Assembly: GCF_009914755.1 (NCBI RefSeq)
Contig: NC_060934.1
DNA: 64,000 bases
From: the human T2T-CHM13v2.0 reference genome, Homo sapiens
Reading direction: 5' to 3' (one strand)
Shown: positions 16,641 to 33,205 of the stretch, one piece after another
Position numbering within the stretch: position 1 is the stretch's first letter
How the letters are laid out: each line of letters opens with the position of its first letter
The notes under the pieces: generated by a model
The model's input: the letters and a program-made list of their open reading frames with translations, nothing else
Databases searched by the model: none
Told to the model about the DNA's origin: nothing
Program-made: the position numbers and the translations under genes

Positions 16641-16859
16641 ACATGAAAGCTACCAGGCTACAGTGATACCTGCCAGCAGAACTGATCCTTCCACCAATGC
16701 CTAAAGGTGCTACTGCAACCACAATGCTTCTAAGAAGGTCCCAAAGATTGCAGTGGTCAGTGGAAATGCATCTAAAGGAAGGCCCTTCCAGTGTGCTACT
16801 CAGTAATGTAGCAAAGGTACCACAAGGGCACTTTTGCTGGAGCAGTTTCATATCCCAAT
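16641..16859 (+). repeat. 219-bp direct repeat, copy 1
   Basis: Identical to 17619-17837 except 4 mismatches counted by eye. Confidence 0.95.
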
Positions 16860-17195
16860 GATAAAGGGAGAAAGTGCCCACTGTCCACACCAGTGGCTGA
16901 GCTATCACGTAGGCCATGGCCACAAGTCCTGGCATGTGATATAGGAGTGTTAGGAAAATAGCTCTTTCCTTTGTCACTCAGGTCTTTACTATAGCTTCTT
17001 CCTCGGACTGCTGTTTGAGCCCTTGGGAACTTGGGTGAATGAAATTAGAGTGACAGATATTATGGTGGCCTTGGAAATGTGCCCCCATGAGCTTCAAGGC
17101 ATGCTTTACTGAGGCTGAGACCTAGCCTCTGCCTGTCATGCAAACAGACACCTACCGGGGTCACTTCAGGAACTCTTGGGGCCAATCAAGACCTC

Positions 17196-17281
17196 ATGTC
17201 ACACCTGCAATCCCAGCACTTTGGGAGGCTGAGGCAGGAGGATCACTTGAGCCCATTAGTTTAAGAAATTTAAAAAAAAAG
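17196..17281 (+). mobile_element. Alu left-monomer fragment
   Basis: cacacctgcaatcccagcactttgggaggctgaggcaggaggatcacttgagccc. Confidence 0.85.
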
Positions 17282-17618
17282 AATTGAACAGAATAGTACT
17301 TCCATATTCTCTTGAGTTTTAGTTTGATATAAGCCTATATTAAACATCCAATGAGAAAGTTAAGTAGGTATTTTTAGATGATCACACCACAAGCAAAAGC
17401 AGAATTCATGAATCTATAAAGTGGGATTATTTCACTTTTTCATCTTGTTGTAGGTGAGACTATGGGAGAGAGTAGGGAGGTAACTCTTTCCTCCTGAGCT
17501 TGGGAAAATCACTTTCTCTTCAATGGAGAGAAAAGAAAGTAAAATAACACTAAAAATAGAAAAAACCAGGAGGATAATCAGATAGTTTTTTCAATCTTTT
17601 GACTACTCTGGCCCTAAA

Positions 17619-17837
17619 ACATGAAAGCTACCAGGCTACAGTGATACCTGCCAGCAGGACTGATCCTTCCACCAATGCCTAAAGGTGCTACTGCAACCAC
17701 AATGCTTCTAAGAAGGTCCCAAAGATTGCAGTGGTCAGTGGAAATGCATCTAAAGGAAGGCCCTCCCGATGTGCTACTCAGTAATGTAGCAAAGGTACCA
17801 CAAGGGCACTTTTGCTGGAGCAGTTTCATATCCCAAT
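17619..17837 (+). repeat. 219-bp direct repeat, copy 2
   Basis: See copy 1; 978-bp offset. Confidence 0.95.
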
Positions 17838-19181
17838 TTGGACTACGACATGATGCTACAAGACATCATGACAACGTGTTGGCCAGCAAAATTTAGGTCA
17901 TTTGACCAATCAGTTTAGCTATATAAGACCAAACAATTGGTTTGACCCACTTTTTTCCCCTATTAAAATGGCCGATTCATAGATTTGCTTGGTTGATTGG
18001 CATATGATAAACACACACTAACAGTAGACTCCAGAAGGAAGTCATCACTAGTCTCAGTTTTAAAATACCCTTTTGCTTTTTTAATGCATTAAATATAATA
18101 AAAATAATTTTGTAGGTACTGTTATATGATTTCTATTTATTTAATCATGCATTCCATATGGCTCAAGAAATAGAAATGATGTTTATAGCTTTTCAATGAA
18201 AATGATATTCTCCTAAGCTTATAAAACTATAATGAGTTAAAATCTGGGTGAAATACAATGCTGTTAAACTATCTTCCATTAAGAAAATGCAAACAGTAAG
18301 GACTTCGTTCTACTTTATAGCTTAGAGTTAAACTAAAGCTACACAAGATGATTGCAATCAGTATTTGTTAGAATACCAACATAAGAAAGTTATCTTTCAG
18401 ACCCTGAAAACCAAAAAGACGTGCTTTCAAAAGGAGTTATCTTTCAGACCCTGAAACCCACTTTTCAAAAAATCAAAACCTAAATAAAGTATTATACGGC
18501 AGGGTATGTCTCAAGGCTAGGATCTGCCAGTTTCAGAGGGAATAAGCACCTCTGCTGAAGTATTGATAGACTCTTCAACATTTCCTTGTGTAACTTTACA
18601 AAACAAAAACAATCAACCAATACAATCCCAGAAAGAATATCAATGTATTGCTTTCTTAGCCTCTTGTGAATTCTAGGCCATTAAAGATATAATTAGAACA
18701 CTTTCATGCAAAGAAAGCCCGAACTGAGGCAGCTTCCATCCATGTGGCCTGTTACCTCGGAACCTATAATTACTCTGTTTAGCTCTGTGCATTAAATAAC
18801 AATCACCTGCTGTTTGGGGGCCATACTGTTTGGTGTATGTATACAGAAGTACCTGGGTTAAGCAATGCCTAGTTTTACAGAGTGGCAGCTCATCCTACAC
18901 TAGAAGAAGATGACAGATCAGTACGTTGCCATCCTGATGTTGTCCCAGGATGGGAGGAGTCCAGTGATTGTAAAAACAGAAAACTCACACATTTTTATAA
19001 ACTGCCTCAAGAGATCACAATAATTTAAATTCTCTTGACATGCTAGCTCATGGTCTAAAATATAAGCTCTTTTAGAAAACAGGCAGAGTTGAGAATAGCA
19101 CAACTCTAAAAATAAGAGTATGACAAGCCCCAAAAGATTGGGAATTTCTAGAATAAATCATTCATTAAAAAGTAATAGCTT

Positions 19182-19493
<312 letters not shown>

Positions 19494-20865
19494 AGTAATA
19501 ACTTGATTTGGGAGGCCTCTACCAAACAGTGGCTTCTCAGATTTTCCATCATTGACAATTTCCCCTGAGATTTGGGGTACAATGAAGTAGGAAACCTAGT
19601 TCTCCTGTCTCAGCCTGGTGTCTGATGAAGTACAAAGCTTGTGGGGACAGATTTCAGATAAAGAGATCCTTCTGTGTGCATCCGAAAAAAGCAAAGAAGG
19701 TGGAGAAGAAAGAAACTGTACAGGAATGCAAGCATTTACGTCCATCCACGCCCCTTAAAAACATTCAAAGTGCCAACCAGAGTGTTCATTCGTGCTAAAA
19801 ACTGTGATCAACACTTGAGATGAAAAGCCTTCAAATGTGCATTACATCCACGGGCTGGCACGTATCCATTATTGGTTGAATCTTTCATTTCTCAGCTACT
19901 CTCTGATGCCTAAGTGTGAAAAAAGTCAGTATGCCTGAATTGAATTTTTAGATCGCTTTACGTCAATGCACATTTGTTTGTTTTCAAAATCAACAACAAA
20001 TGCAACACTAAATACTTTTGGCTGCTCAGTTGTACAGCCTTGTGCTGTAACAGAATTCGCCCCCTTGTGCTCAGGCAGCTTCGGAATGAAGCCAATGGTA
20101 CACGTAGAATCGTAATTCAGTGAAGCAAATAAAATGATGAACTATATCCCTGCCCTCCATTTTCCCTGTAGAAAGAAACACCAATGTTTGTGCATGCTTC
20201 TGTGTGTTTAAATGTGTGTGTGTGTGTGTGTGCACATGTAGACAATCATTTCCACATAGCTCAGAAACAGATAACAAGACAATCATAAAGAAGGCTGGAT
20301 ACAAAAGCAGTGTACCCATTTTGTCCAGAGTGGCCAGATCAAATTGTAATCCAAAGTTTGGTTGTGATTTTGAGGTGAGGTTACAGTGTGTACTGTCCAC
20401 AAACTGGAGAAAGCTCTAATCCCTCTGAAAAGCAGTGTGTGGATTGACTGGATTAAATATCAGAAATTTTGTTTCCAATGAGTTCCACAAATCCCATGGA
20501 TATAGCCTGGAGTGGAAAAAAAAAGAAGAAAAAACTAGAAATATGCAAAAGCAAAGAAAACCCATAACTTAATACACGTAAAATGCTTCATGACTTCTGA
20601 AAAGAATTTCTGCCTAACCAGTGAAAGAAGTAGCAGCTGTTCTAATGGAATGAGGGAGAGTTACTCTTCCTCTTCATATCCCTGACTGCGCAAGCCACCA
20701 GGGACTTTCTCTTCCTGCTCTGTTGCCCTGAGAAGTATGTCAGCTTGAAAAGCTTCAGCAAATCGATTTAGAGTTTTATAGCCTCCATTCTCTTACTCAT
20801 TTATTCGTTCATTCAACTCTATATTAATTTATTCATTCATTCAACTCTATATTAGTTCTCCCTTT

Positions 20866-21013
20866 CTTTTTTAATTAATTAATTAAATTTTTTTGTAGAG
20901 ACCAGGTCTCGCTGTGTTGTCCAAGCTAGTCTCAAACGCCTGGCCTCAAGCAATCCTCCCACCTCAGCCTCCCAAAGTGCTGGGATTACAGGCATGAGTC
21001 ACCATGCCCGGCA
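20866..21013 (-). mobile_element. Alu monomer (FLAM/AluJ left arm)
   Basis: Reverse left-monomer sequence with T tail. Confidence 0.88.
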
Positions 21014-21319
21014 GTTCTTTCTTTCTATATAGATGCCTCATAAGTGCCATTTGCACTACAAGTATGTGTAAGGAAAAAGACTTAAGAAACTTTATAGCAT
21101 TTCCTTGAACTCAAGTCAAGGAACATGACTGCCTATGAATAGTGGAAGATGGCAAAACTGAAAAACTAAAAGCAGAAATGGAAATGTATTCCAATTTCCT
21201 CCAGCTTCATTATAGCCAGAAAAATCTGACCCATAAGATTGAAGCCCTAATGTTTGACCATGGACTCCATCAGAGTACACAGTGGTAGAACTGTGAGTGT
21301 ATACTTAATGTGTTTCCTA

Positions 21320-21656
<337 letters not shown>

Positions 21657-21736
21657 ACTCCATTCTTAGATAATCCAACCAGATAGGCTGCTTCTGGCTA
21701 CACACTGCTTCTGAGGCACTAGACCTTGTTGCACTT

Positions 21737-22219
21737 GTGTTACCTACACAACGGGTGGGTTCAGTAGCTTGGTGGGTATCAGCCCAATGACCACCACAAA
21801 GGAGGATTTAGCCAGGGGATTTTATTACTTGAAACAAGTAAGGAGAATCCCAGGGGTAATTCCCAAAGCAGTGGCTCCCGGAGCTGGGGACTGGGTCAGG
21901 TTTTATAAGCATGGGGTAATGAAGTGTGATCTGATTGGATGTTGCAATGAGGTGATGCCAAGTGGCATGATCTGACTGGATCTTGCTGTGGGGTGACACC
22001 AGGGCTCCATCTGATTTGATCCTGGATCCTACCATGCTGTGTCCGCTTCTTAATTCAGTCCCCCGTGCTCTATCTGAGCACTTGGGTTCCCCCTGTGGTT
22101 GCACACTTGGTTCATCTGGGCATGCTCAGGTCACGTGACTTGAGGGTCCATGGTAACTGAAAAACAGCTCACAACTTTGTTACATAAAAGTTGAATCAGA
22201 CAAGTCTCATGCAGCTACC
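21737..22219 (-). mobile_element. ERV-class solo LTR (subfamily not identified)
   Basis: tgttacc start; reverse-strand AATAAA (ttttatt) and TATA (ttttata); CCAAT (ctgattgg); about 480 bp. Confidence 0.65.
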
Positions 22220-22613
22220 CTCATATCCCAATTTCTCCTGGGTTCAATATTGATCACAGCATTTAAGTTCTATGGGAAAACACCACACCACACAGGTGTC
22301 ATGTTAGATCATCTGCACTTGTCTATTTTATTATTATACTTAACTTCAATTTATATTATACATTTTTTAGCTAAGGTTCTCTACCTGGGGAGCAAATGCC
22401 TCATTACTCAGAGGTCATTGTGGTCTGAGAAAACCCAATTGCCTTTTTTTCTGAGCTTATTTTCTCTGTGGTCCCCAGTGCTGTACCCTGAAGATACAGA
22501 AACTTGTGAGTTACAAGTAACTGAGGAGAGGTCTGGTGTGTGAACGGGACAGCAGAGCACCTGCTGTAGATGGGTTCTGGATGTGGAAGGAGGTAAAGTT
22601 GTGGCTTGGGTGG

Positions 22614-23079
22614 TGTGTTAGTTTCTGAAGGCTGCTGTAACAGATTACCATGAACTGGGTGGCTTACATTAAGAGAAATTTATTTTATCACAATTCTGGA
22701 GTCTCAAAGTCCAAAATCAAAGTGTCAGCAGGACTGATTCCTTCTAGATCCTATGTAGGAGAGTCTGTCCTTTCTATCTTCTGGGGCTATGCAGGAAAAT
22801 CTGTCCCTTCTATCATCCCTTGGCTCATAGCTGCCTCACTCCAAACACTGTCTCTATAGCCACATGACAACTTCCCTCTGAGGGAGTGTCTTGGTGTTTC
22901 TTCTACTTTTCTTACAAGGACACCAGCCATGTTGGATTAAAAGCCACCCTATGCCAGCATGACCTCATTTTAACTAATTGCATCTGCAAAGAACCAATTT
23001 CCCAATAAGGTCACTTACATGGGTATGGGGATTAGGACTTGAACATATCTTTTTGGAGGATGTAATTCTATCCACAAGA
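22614..23079 (-). mobile_element. MLT1 (B/C-type) MaLR solo LTR
   Basis: tgtgttagtttc...ggctgctgtaacagattacca; perfect 5-bp TSD ggtgg. Confidence 0.88.
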
Positions 23080-23550
23080 GGTGGCAAGTCAGACTGTCAT
23101 AAAAGGCTCTCTACATACCAAAATTAGGTACAGGCAGACCTCATGTTATTGCGCTTCACCTTATTGCACTTTGCAGATATTGCATTTTCTACAAATGGAA
23201 GGTTTATGGCAATTCCTCATCAAGCAAGTCTGTAGGCGCCATTTTTCCAACAGCATATGTTCACTTTGTATCTCTGTGTCACATTTTGGTAATTCTTGCA
23301 ACTCTTCAAATGCTTTTGATATTAATATATCTGTTAGGGTAATCTGTGATCAGTGATCTTTGATGTTACTTTTGTAATTGTTTGGGGGCAGCACAAATCA
23401 TGCCCATATAAGACAGAATACTTAATAAATGTCATGTGTGTTCTGAATGCTCCACCAGTTGGCCATTCTCCAGTCTCTCTCCCTCTCCTAGGGTCTTCCT
23501 ATTCCACGAGACACAAAAATACTGAAATTAGGCCAGTTAATAACCCTGCA

Positions 23551-24910
23551 ATAACCTCTAAGTATTCAGGTAAAAGGAAGAGTTGCATATCTATCGCTTT
23601 AAATCAAAAGCTAGAAATGATTAAGCTTAGTGAGGAAGGCACGTCAAAAGCGGAGATAGGATGAAAGCTAGGCTTCTTGATCCAGTTAGCCAAGTTGTGA
23701 GTATCAAGGAAAAGTTATTGAAGGAAATAAAAAGTGCTACTCCAGTGAACAGATAAATGATAAAACACCCTTACTACCGACATGGAGAAAGTTTGAGTGG
23801 TCTAGGTAGAAGATCAAACCAGCCATAGCATTCCCTTAAGCCAATGCCTAATCCATAGCAAGGCTCTGCCTCATGTCATTCTATGAAGGCTGAGACAGAT
23901 GAGGAAGCTGCAGAAGAAAAGTTGAAAGCTAGCAGAGGTGGTGCATGAGGTTTAAGAAAAGAAACCATCTCCATCACATGAAAGTGCAAGGTGAAGCAGC
24001 AAATACTGGTGGAGAAGCTGCAGCAAGTTAGCCAGAAGATCTAGCTAAGATCATGGATGAAGATAGCTTCACTAAACAACAGAATTTCAGTGTAGATGAA
24101 ACAGCCTTCTGTGGGAGATGATGCCACCTGAGATTTTGATACCTAGAGAGAAGCCACTGCCTAGCATCAAAGCTTCAAAGGACAGGCTGACTATCTTAGG
24201 GGCTAATGCAGCTGGTGACTTTAAGTTAAAGCCAATGTTTGTTGACTGTTCTGAAAATCCTAGGGCCCTTAAGAATTACTCTGAATGTATTCAACCTGAA
24301 CTCTATACATGGAACCACAAAGCCTAGGTGACAGCATATCTGTTTACAGCATAGCTTACTGAATATTTTAAGCCCACTGTTGAGACCAGCTGCTTAGAAA
24401 AAAAAATTCCTTTGAAAATACTACCATTCATTGACGATGCACCTGGTAGTTACCCAAGAGCTCTGATGGAGATGTACGAGAAGACTAATGTTGTTTTCAT
24501 GCCTGTTAACATCCATTCTGCAGCCCATGGATCAAGAAGACATTTCAACTTTCAAGTCTTACTATTTAAGGGATATATTTTGTAAGGCTATAGCTTACAT
24601 TGAAAACCTTTAGGAAACAATTCGCCATTCTAGATGCCATTAAGAACATTCGTGATTCATAGGAGGAGGTCAAAATATCCATATTAACAGAAGCTTGGAA
24701 GAAGTTGATTCCAACCCTCATGGATGACATTGTAGGGTTCAAGATGTCAGCGGAGGGAGGAACTGCAGATGTAGTGGAAATGGCAAGAGAATTAGAAATA
24801 GAAATGGAGCCTGAAGATGTGACTGAATTGCTGCAATCTTATGATAAAACTTGAACAGACAAGGAGTTGCTTCTTATGGATGAGCAAAGAAATTACTTTC
24901 TGAAGATATG
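23551..24910 (+). pseudogene. Disrupted Tigger1 (pogo-type) transposase ORF
   Basis: Start ATG mutated to ATA; CENP-B-like HTH and DDE fragments split by stops and frameshifts; end approximate. Confidence 0.85.
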
Positions 24911-25277
24911 GAATCTACTTCTGGTGAAGGTGCTGTGAAAATTGTTGAAATGACAACAAAGGATTTAGAATATTCCATAAACTTAGTTGATAACACAGTG
25001 GCAGGGTTTGAGAGGATTAACTTCAATTGTGAAAAGAATTCTACTGTGGGTAAAATACTATCAAATAGCATTGCATGCTACAGAGAAATCTTTCATGAAA
25101 GGAAGAGTCAATCAATGTAACAGATTGCATTGCTGTCTTATTCTAAAAAACTACCACTGCCACCCCAGTCTTCAGCAACCACCACCCTGATTAGTCAGCA
25201 GCCATCAGCACTGAGACAAAACCCTCTACCAGCAAAAAGATGGCAATTTGTTCATTGAAGGCTCAGATAATCGTTAA

Positions 25278-25652
<375 letters not shown>

Positions 25653-27891
25653 TAGACATAATGCCATTGCACACTTAAAAGACAGCAGTGTCATGAATAT
25701 AACTTTTATACGCACTGGAAACAAAGACAATTGTGTTACTAACTTTATTGTGATATCTGTTTTATTGTGGTGGTCTGGAACCAAACCTGCAATATATCAG
25801 AAGTATCCCTGTATGATTTTAATACTATTTGGTATTCAACGCAAGGGAGCTGGTAAAAGATGTGTGTGAGATAGAAGGAGAGAAGCAGGGGAATCTAGAG
25901 GGAGGCCCTTAGATGGGTATAGCGTGTGTGCTTGGGAACAGCAGCCACAGCTAGGATGCAGAGTCTGATTCAGCCACAGCTCCACTCCTGCTAGCCACTC
26001 TGCAGACAAGAATTCCGTACAGAGCAAACATCAGCAGTGTAGGCCTCATAGCCTGCTCATCTCACTTCCAAGACGTGCAAAGTTTGGACATTCTCAACTC
26101 TCCTCTCAGACATATAGTTTCACAGTCTGAGACACGTTGAATTTACAATCAGCTACATTTTTATAATGCACAACCTTAAAAAACACAGAAAAATAATAGA
26201 AATATTTTCAACTGATGAGGCAGGAACTTGACCCAACAAGTAATTCTAGAGTCATAAAAAAATCATGGACAGGAGGAGTCCCCAGAGTTCAGAGGACCCT
26301 GCCTTGGGAAGAGGTGGGTGTGTGACTTCTCCAGGCCATCTTGGGCCATAGAAGGGCCTGGGGAGAGAGAGGCCCTATCCCATTGGGGAATCTTGTCATC
26401 TGGATCTGAAAGAGCAGTTACACTGGCACACCTCAGCCTGGAGGAGACCTTGGCTTTTGCAGCAGGAAAGAGGGAATGGTATCCAGCCAGGGCGCTGGAA
26501 GAGTGGAGCTTCCACCAAAAATGAATGGACTTGCAGCTGGTGGCGAGGCCGCTGGGCTGGATGCAGAGCTCTAGCAAGGCTGAGGCAGAAGAATTGGGAG
26601 AGTGGGCATTTTCTTCTCAAGACCTCCTGTCTCCTCTACTCTTCTCTGGGGCTGCATTTTATTCAGCATTTGCTTCTCATCAATTTGCTTGGATGGAAAC
26701 CACCTAAGAAAGACATTTTTAAAAGTCAGGAAATTGCCCAAGACAGGAAAGCTTCTAGAACTTGGTACTGGCTATCATTGTAGCATCCTGCTGGGGTCCG
26801 ATTCAAGGGGTAGCGGGTGAGACTAACATCATTATTTGATAGGAGGAACCAAACAGGGCCAAGCGGCGAAATTTAAAACTGGGGCACGCTCTCTTCTCTG
26901 CAAATAATTTCCAGTAGTTTCATTCTGCTCTCGCCTGGCCTCTCCCCACTAGCCAGAGATGGGATTCTCTGTTTCTATTTGTCTCTCATCATAAAGCTCA
27001 TCTATTTTATTTTAAATTGTGTTACATTTGACTCAGGTAATAGAATTCTGCAGGCCGCTGACTTGTGAGAAAAGTAAGACAGCTGTTTTCATGTGTTAAA
27101 AAGAACTTGGATGGACAGTTAACATAATCTACTGTGAACACTTTTTCCCACTGTGGGTAGATAAGTGTGTTTGGCTGGAGTTGTTGAATCTCTGAGTTTG
27201 CAGATATGTATTGATATGCAACAATCCACAGGGAACTAATTGTCCACAGAATAGCTTGACAGCTCAAGTTCGGTGCGGACATTTTCCCTGGGTCAATCAC
27301 TTTTACAAGGAAAAATGAATCTTAATTTTTCCCCCCTAAGCCAACAGGGACCACTCCTGTGTTCTGTCGAGAAGATGTGGACAGACCCTGTCCATGAGTA
27401 CTCACGTTAACCGAGCAGGGAGCTGATGTACTTGTTCACCATTGAGCACCACCATGATCCAGGGTGGCCAGATCAAGAGCCGAGAACTTTCTCCCCACCA
27501 AGGGAGCCAGGGAAGCGGGCGGAATGTCAAGCAGGCCTGTCAGAAGGCTGGCAAGAGGCAGGAAACGCCGGCCGTGTTCTTTAAATTTTCAGAGTGCCCA
27601 ACATAAGGGCAAAACCAGAAAAAATAAGCATAAGCTCAAGCTAAGATGAGAAGGATTTCAGCCTGATTCAGTCTGTAATCAAGAACACGACAAACATTGG
27701 AACCACATGCCCATGGAGCAACATTCCTGACAGCATCTATTGAGTGCTTGCTGTGTGCCTTGCTCTAGAGAGCTTTACTTTTCCCTTTTTAAAATGTATA
27801 AGTAATCAATAAATTCATAAGCAATCAATAATAACTATTACTTTACTGTAATAAAGTAATAAGTGAAGTAACATAAAAAGTAAATAAGACT

Positions 27892-28176
27892 GATTGGGCA
27901 CAGTGGCTCATGCCTGTAATTGCAGCACTTTGGGAGGCTGAGGCAGGTGGATTGCCCAGGAGTTTGAGACCAGCCTGGACAACATAGTTGAGACTCTATT
28001 TCTATAAAATACAAAAATTAACCAGGTGTGGTGGTCTGCACCTGTGGTCCCAGCTACTTGGGAGGCTGAGGTGAGAAGAACACTTGAGCCCAGGAGTTCA
28101 AGGCTGCAATGAGATACGATGGCACCATTGCACACCAGCCTGGATGTCAGAATGAGACTTTGTCTCAAAAAAAAAA
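27892..28176 (+). mobile_element. Alu (J-like)
   Basis: Diverged dimer with A tail. Confidence 0.93.
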
Positions 28177-28199
28177 GTAAATTAAAGGTAACAATTAGA

Positions 28200-28710
28200 A
28201 TATATAAAAAATAGATAAATACCAGTTATCTTCATTTTAAACATTGCAAATAAATTTGAAGTATCTCAGACCACACCCTCTCCCACCACACCTAATTTTC
28301 CTTTCAAAAAGTGCACAACACACTAATCAATTTGCCCTGTGTTTTTCCAGACCTTTTCCTTACATGCACACGTGCACACACTTCCCCCACCAGTACATAT
28401 ATCTGGTGGATAGCATTCTATTTATATGTGATAGATGCTATCACACTATAAATAATATTCTATACTTATTCTTTCATTCCAAAAATATACACCTTGGTGA
28501 TCTTTCTGTATCAGTGTATATTGATCTACTTTTTGTAAAATATTCCATAATATGGCTCAAAATAATTCATTCAACTATTCCCTTTTTGTTGATACTTAGG
28601 CCGTTTTAAATTTTTCCTATTACAGACAATGCTGAAAGTAGCAACTAATACCTACAATGCCTTAGAGAATCCATTTCTTCCCATGCTTGCCAATACCTGA
28701 TATTATCATG
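28200..28710 (-). mobile_element. Old L1M relic
   Basis: tattccataatatgg...ttcattcaactattccc...ttacagacaatgctg typical of reverse L1M 3' region. Confidence 0.55.
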
Positions 28711-28877
28711 GGGATCTTTAAGAACAAGGGTGATAGCCTCATCTGTCCTGGGTGATTTGGTCATTTACTTACTGCAAAGCGAAAGAGAAAAGATCTCTCA
28801 TGGTCCACAGCAATTCAATGATAATGGGTAAGAGGATTCTATGGGAGGTTTTACAGAAAGATTACCTGAAATGGACA

Positions 28878-29229
<352 letters not shown>

Positions 29230-31083
29230 TGACCTGCATATTCACTGGAGGGAGCAGAATTGGCTGCAGGGGTGAGTGGCCTGGTTCAGTTGTAGGTTAA
29301 TCAAAATTAGTCGGTGCAGGCCTCTTTCCAGGTTATTTTTTCCTAGTACAAATCTGAGTGTGATAATAAAGATTTGTTATTAAGGCCTTTTCCCACGAAT
29401 TCACAATCGCGGTGTGGGCTGGGCCAAGTGCTAGATGCTGAGGCTAGAGATAAAGGAGACACCAGGGGGTCCCTTCAGGGAGTCCACAGCCAGAATCCAT
29501 TACCTTCCAACATAAACCACAGAGGAACGCACTGTGCATAGTGTCTGCCTTGCTGTGGCGAAACAGTGCCTTCCATTGCAAGCTTTGAGTGCAATTGTAA
29601 TTATCAAATGCCTGCATTTCTTTTTACCGTGGACGTTATGAATCACCTCACCCCCAAACGCATCTTTCTCCCAGTCAGCATCTCTCTGGACCCTGTCCAT
29701 CCGGATCCTGCATCAGATGCCATTTCAGAGCTGCTGTTTGGGGACAGACTGACAGCTGCTGGAGTAGGGACTCCCGCCAGCCCTGAGAATGAGAATAATA
29801 TAATAATTGAAAACAGAGAGGCTACATTGACTTGTGACCCAGAGGAAACAGATGTATGCAGAAAGTGACCAATGACCCTGGGTCAGTGCCCTCCTTTAAA
29901 CTTTAAACTAGCTTCGAGTAAGATAACCATTTTTTTTTCAGTTTTGAAAAATCAAAAGAAAACCAACTCCCCCTCATTATGCAGATAAATCACAGGCACC
30001 AACTTTATAAATGAGCAGATTACCTAAATTGCTACTTGGGTATGCCTCAATTAAATTCACAGGTGGTCAAATCTGGATGTGCTGGAAACAGAGCAATTTA
30101 TCTATAGATGTTCGCATTTTGCCAAAAATAGAATACGGCATCTTCTCCAGACGCACTTTCCACATTCGTTCTTATTTTCCTAGAGATGAATTGCTTCATC
30201 CAGTACACATTTGTTATCCTTCTCCCAGTCCTCCCCCTCCATCCCGTTAAGAAGGATATTTGAGGGGTGAGTAGTTCACTGGGATATTCAGGGGCAGCTG
30301 GTGAACTGAATAAGAGAGACACAGTTGTCTGCATAAAGTTGACATCTCCAGCCAGCATCTCAATAGCTACCATTGTTTCCTCTGCCCACTAGGAGCTCAT
30401 TGTGGATGGATGGGCCTTCCTCCAGGGTCCATAATGAACTCTGGGCAGGTGGAGGTAAAATAAGCCCTGGATGGAACCTATTGCTGCCAAACTCACAGAG
30501 CCTTGTATCTGCCAATTGGGACGATACCCATCGTAAACTGGAATTGTCCGTTATGGCAGTCTACCCTCGCCAAAGGAGACTGGCTACAAATCAGCAGCTT
30601 CTGGCATGGATGACTTTGGAAAACTGACCTAGGATCCAAATGTGGATTGTAAAAATGCTCACAATCTTTAACCTAGGCATTCTCTCACTAGACGTTATCC
30701 TAAGAAGGCGAGCTACTTAACCATCTATACAAAAACACACACAAACCTAAAGATAAATACATATGATAAGATTGTCCATTAGGGTTATTTATTTATGCTA
30801 AATAAATTATAAGTGGCATACCAATGGAATACTGGTAATATTAATTTTTGGACATCCAAAAGATAATAATTCATTCAGTCCTCAAAAATGATATTTTGAT
30901 GTATAGTTAATATTATGGAAAATGCTTAAGATAAAAAATGTTGAATGGTAAAAGGTGGTTGTATAATTGTTTATTTAATACATTTATGTAATTACTTTAT
31001 GTAGATGAATATGTATTCTTACGGCACTCCCCCCAAAATTGGGGTAGTAGAATTGTGAATGCTTCTCTTAAAATATTTTTCTT

Positions 31084-31421
<338 letters not shown>

Positions 31422-31436
31422 TCAAAAAATAAATAT

Positions 31437-32075
<639 letters not shown>

Positions 32076-33205
32076 TTAAAAATAATTTAGTCTTACAGGT
32101 GAAGATTTGCTTTCATCACTCATCATGTCCTGAAGACATTTACTCAACTCTTCATTGTATTATTTTAAAAGGTGCAAACCCTGATTGTCTCAAACTAGCC
32201 TTAGACTTTCACGACTTTATCTATAGATAATTCTAGATCTATGGAAGTTAAAATTTCAGTTTACTAATCCCTTAATACTACCTTCAAAACATTTAGCAGT
32301 TTCAAATATTCCTCTACCTAGAAAGCCAGCAAATAAAAGCAATCTGGTTTCCCTAAGTTCGGATATTAAGTATAGCAATCTTGATGGGTAATAGTTTTTA
32401 AATGTTTTATTTATGTCCACTTATTTGTATTCCTCACAAAAATACATGCAAAGCCAGCAAGAGGCACATTTCAAAGCATGAAGAGTTGCCTTAATTTAAC
32501 ACAAAATGTGGGGGGATTCCTCTGCAGATTTCTGCAAGCATACCCATGGACTACAGATTATATTTACAGATTATATTATGTGATGTTCAATTTAATAAAT
32601 TAATGCATACTTAAAAATTGTCTCTTTCATGTACATCAGTAATTAATTATTTAATGAATATGTAAATTGCAGGCCAACACATGATGAAAAATGTAAAAAA
32701 AAAATGCCTGTAATTTTGGAAGGAGAAGGCAAAGTTTTTAAATACATTACCCAAATATTATATGGTTTCTGTTCCTTTTTCTTCTTCTAGTTTTTACCCC
32801 CTAAACCTCAGTGTTAAATTTAGTACGGGGCCTAGGAGACAACGTCTTCTGGATTAAGAAGCAAAGCTGGCCTCAACAGAATTAGGAAGAACACAATTTT
32901 CCTTCAGAATCCCTGGTCTATACTATCATTTTCCTATCACTAATGCCTGTGACTCTGCTTCCTTCAGGCTTCTAGTGTCTCCACCACCTCTTTCTCTCAA
33001 ACCCCATCAAAACACTGTTTTCAAAAATAAAAATAAAAGCAAACAAAGCCATGCAACAAATTCACTTCAAACACAATGGAGGAGAGTAAATTAAGTTCAA
33101 GAACCAAGAACCAACCAATGAACAGAAAAGTTTCAAGAGCCATGGGGAAGGAGAAGGATAGAAGGGATCAGGTAGGCAATGGCTCCCTTACAACTGCAAT
33201 GCATG

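Noticed and set aside
16510-17829. Duplicated ORF MKLLQQKCPCGTFATLLSST as a gene pair
   Set aside because: Simply the translation of the 219-bp duplication; no gene structure or known homology
23353-25120. TIGD1-like domesticated transposase
   Set aside because: Start codon lost, multiple stops and frameshifts; ordinary decayed Tigger1
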